The notes beneath the pieces are model-generated. The model did no database searches and had not been told where the DNA came from. It saw only the letters and a list, made by a program, of their open reading frames with translations. The position numbers and the translations under genes are program-made. From positions 128,001 to 192,000 of the forward strand of contig CAWGED010000010.1 of assembly GCA_963821525.1 (NCBI GenBank): a stretch of DNA of 64,000 nucleotides. The letters are read 5' to 3'. The stretch is from an uncultured Gemmatimonadales bacterium. Its GTDB lineage: Bacteria; Gemmatimonadota; Gemmatimonadetes; Gemmatimonadales; GWC2-71-9. This document shows positions 61,228-64,000 of this stretch, one piece after another (the first letter of the stretch is position 1; each line of letters opens with the position of its first letter).

Positions 61228-61863
61228 TCACGCCTGTGCCGGCTCCGCGATCAACTGGTCACTCAGCTCCGCGATAGTGGAGAACATGTCGCGCGCAGCG
61301 GCAACCATCCGGTCAGCCTGGGACGCGTCGAATCCCGCCGCGTTCATCCGCTCCCGGTAGGCTCCCCAGACCCGACGCTGTTCCTCGCCGTAAGGGTCGA
61401 GATAGGTCGTCGCGGGGATCTTTAATGCAGGCGTAAGAACCCGGGCGATGAACCGGTTGCCGTTCATGCTCCCTTCAAGCACGTAGTTGTACCCGAGGAG
61501 GCTGAGCGGGTCCTGCTCAGCGGTGTTCCGGATCGCCGACAATCCGAGTTCGGTCGCCGGGAGTGGATCTAGCTCATCAGGATCGCCAGCCAGCGCGATC
61601 AGGTCGCCGCGGAGATTTGCGACATGACGGCCTTCGTCTCGAACTACATCCGCCAGGGCGGGCGAAGAAACCCGGCGCGCCATGATCCCGCTCCAGAGCG
61701 CCGAGTGAAGGAGGAGCATCTGGCCGAGCCAGCTGCGATAGGTGTCCACCGGGAGTCGCCCGCTGACCATCTCCTTCTGGAGCCTCCGGCGTTCCGCGTC
61801 GCGGTGCTGTTCGGCAGTGGCCTCCTTCAGGAGATCCATGATTCCGCTGCTCTGATAGGTCAT
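61228..61863 (-). CDS. Biliverdin-producing heme oxygenase family
   Basis: LKEATAEQH..AE, YVLEGSMNG. Confidence 0.88.
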   Translation of the reverse strand: MTYQSSGIMDLLKEATAEQHRDAERRRLQKEMVSGRLPVDTYRSWLGQMLLLHSALWSGIMARRVSSPALADVVRDEGRHVANLRGDLIALAGDPDELDPLPATELGLSAIRNTAEQDPLSLLGYNYVLEGSMNGNRFIARVLTPALKIPATTYLDPYGEEQRRVWGAYRERMNAAGFDASQADRMVAAARDMFSTIAELSDQLIAEPAQA

Positions 61864-61899
61864 GTCGAGGATCCTATTCGACGTTGAGGAGCCAACCTG

Positions 61900-62055
61900 C
61901 TAGAGCGCCCACCATGCGAGCGCCAGCCAGGCTAAACCCTTGATGAGGAAAAACAGCGAGCTTAACTGAAAAACCCGCTTGAAAATCAGCCGCGATCGCC
62001 GGTTGACACGTACGTCGGCCGGGTCCGGCGCGCTGGAAGCGGCGGAGTTTGCCAT
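61900..62055 (-). CDS. Small membrane peptide
   Basis: FFLIKGLAWL motif; upstream of heme oxygenase. Confidence 0.55.
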   Translation of the reverse strand: MANSAASSAPDPADVRVNRRSRLIFKRVFQLSSLFFLIKGLAWLALAWWAL

Positions 62056-62221
62056 GGGCACTCTACTGAGAACAGTTCTCAAGTGATTTGCAATCGGAGG
62101 ATATCCACCGCTCTCCACCGGCGCAAGGGTTCGCAAAACAGAATGCCCCGCGCTGCAGCGCATTGACCGACGTCGAGATGAGTCCTACTCTCTCCCCGCA
62201 CCCCGAACGAGAGATGTCATC

Positions 62222-62662
62222 ATGATCATCGGTGGACACTCCATCATCTACAGCACCCAGCCGGATGCAGACCGCGCCTTTCTGCGCGACATACTTCGGC
62301 TCAGCAACGTCGATGTGGGCGGTGGCTGGCTGATCTTCGGATTGCCGCCGGCCGAACTGGCCGTGCACCCTTCCGAGAAGAACGACGTACACGAGTTCTA
62401 CTTCATGTGCGACGACGTCGAGGGATTCGTCGCCGAGATGAGAGCTGTGGGTATTTCGTGCGATCCGGTGCAGGACCAGGGATACGGACTGGTGACTCAA
62501 GTCACCCTGCCAGGTGGCGGAAGGCTCGGCGTCTACCAACCACGTCACGCCCGTCCCAAAACGATGCCTCTCGCTCGGAAAAAGGCTATCAGCCGCGCGA
62601 AAAAGCCACTCAAGAAGAAGTCCGCGAAGAAGGCGGCGAAGGGATCGAAGTCAAGGAAGTAA
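62222..62662 (+). CDS. VOC family protein with Lys-rich tail
   Basis: DRAFLRD, GGGWLIF..PPAELAVHP, LGVYQPRH. Confidence 0.9.
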   Translation: MIIGGHSIIYSTQPDADRAFLRDILRLSNVDVGGGWLIFGLPPAELAVHPSEKNDVHEFYFMCDDVEGFVAEMRAVGISCDPVQDQGYGLVTQVTLPGGGRLGVYQPRHARPKTMPLARKKAISRAKKPLKKKSAKKAAKGSKSRK

Positions 62663-62675
62663 CATTGAGGCGCTT

Positions 62676-62693
62676 TGTAACGGCATCGTTACA
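62676..62693. promoter_or_regulatory. Palindromic operator-like site
   Basis: TGTAACG-GCAT-CGTTACA. Confidence 0.5.
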
Positions 62694-62800
62694 TAGCGAG
62701 TCTGGATGCTCGCCTTGGCGCTCATATCTTCAACTCCCCTCCGTGCGGGTCCAGACCGCGCGGCCAGCCTGCAACCTCTGCCCTTCCTGGAGGCACCTCT

Positions 62801-63082
62801 ATGCTCAGGGAAGCTCAGGTAAATTCGGCCTTCGCGGATCTGTATCCTTCGCTCGATCCCGGCCGCTGGTACACCGCCGCTGCAATCGCTGGCTACGTCA
62901 AGGGTACCCGGATCATTCAGGAGGGGCCCGACACACGGTTTCCCGACCGGATCCTGCCTGGCAACCATTTCCGTTTCCGCGGCGGGACTCCGCGTCGTGG
63001 CAGTTCCCTCGGCTTGCGGAGTCGCCGGATTGATCGGTACCGCCCCGCCCGCACCCATCTTCGAATCGATCGCGCCAGCTGA
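62801..63082 (+). CDS. Small hypothetical protein
   Basis: GGAGG RBS; REA....FADLYP.L..G.W, HFRFRGG. Confidence 0.7.
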   Translation: MLREAQVNSAFADLYPSLDPGRWYTAAAIAGYVKGTRIIQEGPDTRFPDRILPGNHFRFRGGTPRRGSSLGLRSRRIDRYRPARTHLRIDRAS

Positions 63083-63087
63083 CTCCA

Positions 63088-63109
63088 GGGGGCCTTGTCA
63101 TGCCCCCCG
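63088..63109 (+). terminator. GC hairpin after stop codon, no clear U-tract
   Basis: GGGGGC-CTTGTCAT-GCCCCC. Confidence 0.35.
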
Positions 63110-63222
63110 ATGAATTCCTCTTCGTCTTCGCGACCATTACAGCTGACTCGCAATCGCTGATCACCGTTACATACCGGTGACACGGTGGTTTTAGGCTGTG
63201 TGGATCCAACAGGCGAGGATGT

Positions 63223-63480
63223 ATGGCGGAAGAAGCAGAACCAGTCCGGCTGGTGCTCACCCCCGAACAGCGCGAGATTGTCCGCCGGCTTTCCGGTCAA
63301 CACGTCGAAGCGATCGAACTCGAGCCGGAAACTCCCGCGAAGGATGAAGCGCCAACGAACGAGCCGCCAACGAAAGGCGTACTGCGCTTTCTCTGGCGGC
63401 TCTCCGCGGCTACCGGAATTCCGCGACAGGCCTGGCTCCCCGATGAAGAAGATCAGAAAGCCAAGCCCGATGGGTCCTAG
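63223..63480 (+). CDS. Small hypothetical protein
   Basis: GAGGA RBS; VRLVLTPEQREIVRRLSG..EAIEL. Confidence 0.65.
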   Translation: MAEEAEPVRLVLTPEQREIVRRLSGQHVEAIELEPETPAKDEAPTNEPPTKGVLRFLWRLSAATGIPRQAWLPDEEDQKAKPDGS

Positions 63481-64000
63481 GCCACCGGCATCATCGCGTA
63501 CTTGATGACGTAGAAGTTCACGCCCTGCGGTGAGGTGACGCCGGCCATCCGGCCGATCTCCGGGATATCCATCAGCGGCATGCAGATCTTCCCGCCGAGC
63601 TTCGTGGCGTTCTCCGCGACCTGATCCGCGTCGTCGACGGTGAAATACACCCCCCAGTGGGGCGGCGCTTTCATGTCCTCAGGGATCTGCATCAGGCCCG
63701 CCACGGGAGTGTTACCAAGTTTGAACGTGGTGTAGGTGAACCCGGGCATCGGCTTCTCTTCGATGGTCCACCCGAACAGGCTGGTATAGAACTCCCTGGC
63801 TCGAGGCACATCGCTGGTCAGGGTCTCGAACCAGCTCGGAGCCCCGTGCAAGGTGCCGTCCACGTCTGTGCCCGGACTCTTGTTCCCCTGCCAAAGGTCG
63901 AACTGGGCGCCATTGGGATCGTGGCAGACGGCCATGCGGCCGTTGTCCGCAATATCAAACGCCGGCTCCGCCTTACCGCCGAGCGATCTTATCTTCTCGA
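63477..64000 (-). CDS. Double-domain VOC protein (5' end outside window)
   Basis: DPNGAQF.LWQ, WFET, FYTSLFGW, HWGVYFTVDD. Confidence 0.92.
   Translation of the reverse strand, partial: EKIRSLGGKAEPAFDIADNGRMAVCHDPNGAQFDLWQGNKSPGTDVDGTLHGAPSWFETLTSDVPRAREFYTSLFGWTIEEKPMPGFTYTTFKLGNTPVAGLMQIPEDMKAPPHWGVYFTVDDADQVAENATKLGGKICMPLMDIPEIGRMAGVTSPQGVNFYVIKYAMMPVA

Noticed and set aside
1..64000. Classical integron (intI, attC)
   Set aside because: No tyrosine recombinase ORF and no recurring RYYYAAC...GTTRRRY sites seen; many genes overlap directly. Judged by eye only.

Overview
GC-rich bacterial DNA, probably Gemmatimonadota (inferred from Ser/Thr kinase-TPR proteins and small proteins I associate with that lineage). 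The window has no core housekeeping operons, rRNA, tRNA, CRISPR array, integrase or transposase that I can recognise. It holds about 85 short, tightly packed, mostly unrelated accessory genes: 8 VOC/glyoxalase, 4 DinB-like, 4 NTF2/SnoaL-like, 3 SAM methyltransferases, 2 SulP, 2 kinases, 2 ArsR+SRPBCC pairs, 2 AraC, GNAT, APH(6), DHFR-like, MBL, msrA-dipZ-msrB and a heme oxygenase. Many are broken by single-base indels (probably partly read errors) or by larger internal deletions (probably real decay). The most striking signal lies between 22.5 and 61.2 kb. About 19 gene junctions there carry short tandem-repeat arms (7-, 8- and 9-mer families) arranged as often nested inverted pairs. The purine-rich arm follows a stop codon, the pyrimidine-rich arm precedes the next gene, and several arms supply the stop codon. 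An identical 30-bp arm recurs three times. This suggests, as inference only, an integron-like, repeat-delimited gene-cassette array with no attC sites or recombinase in view.
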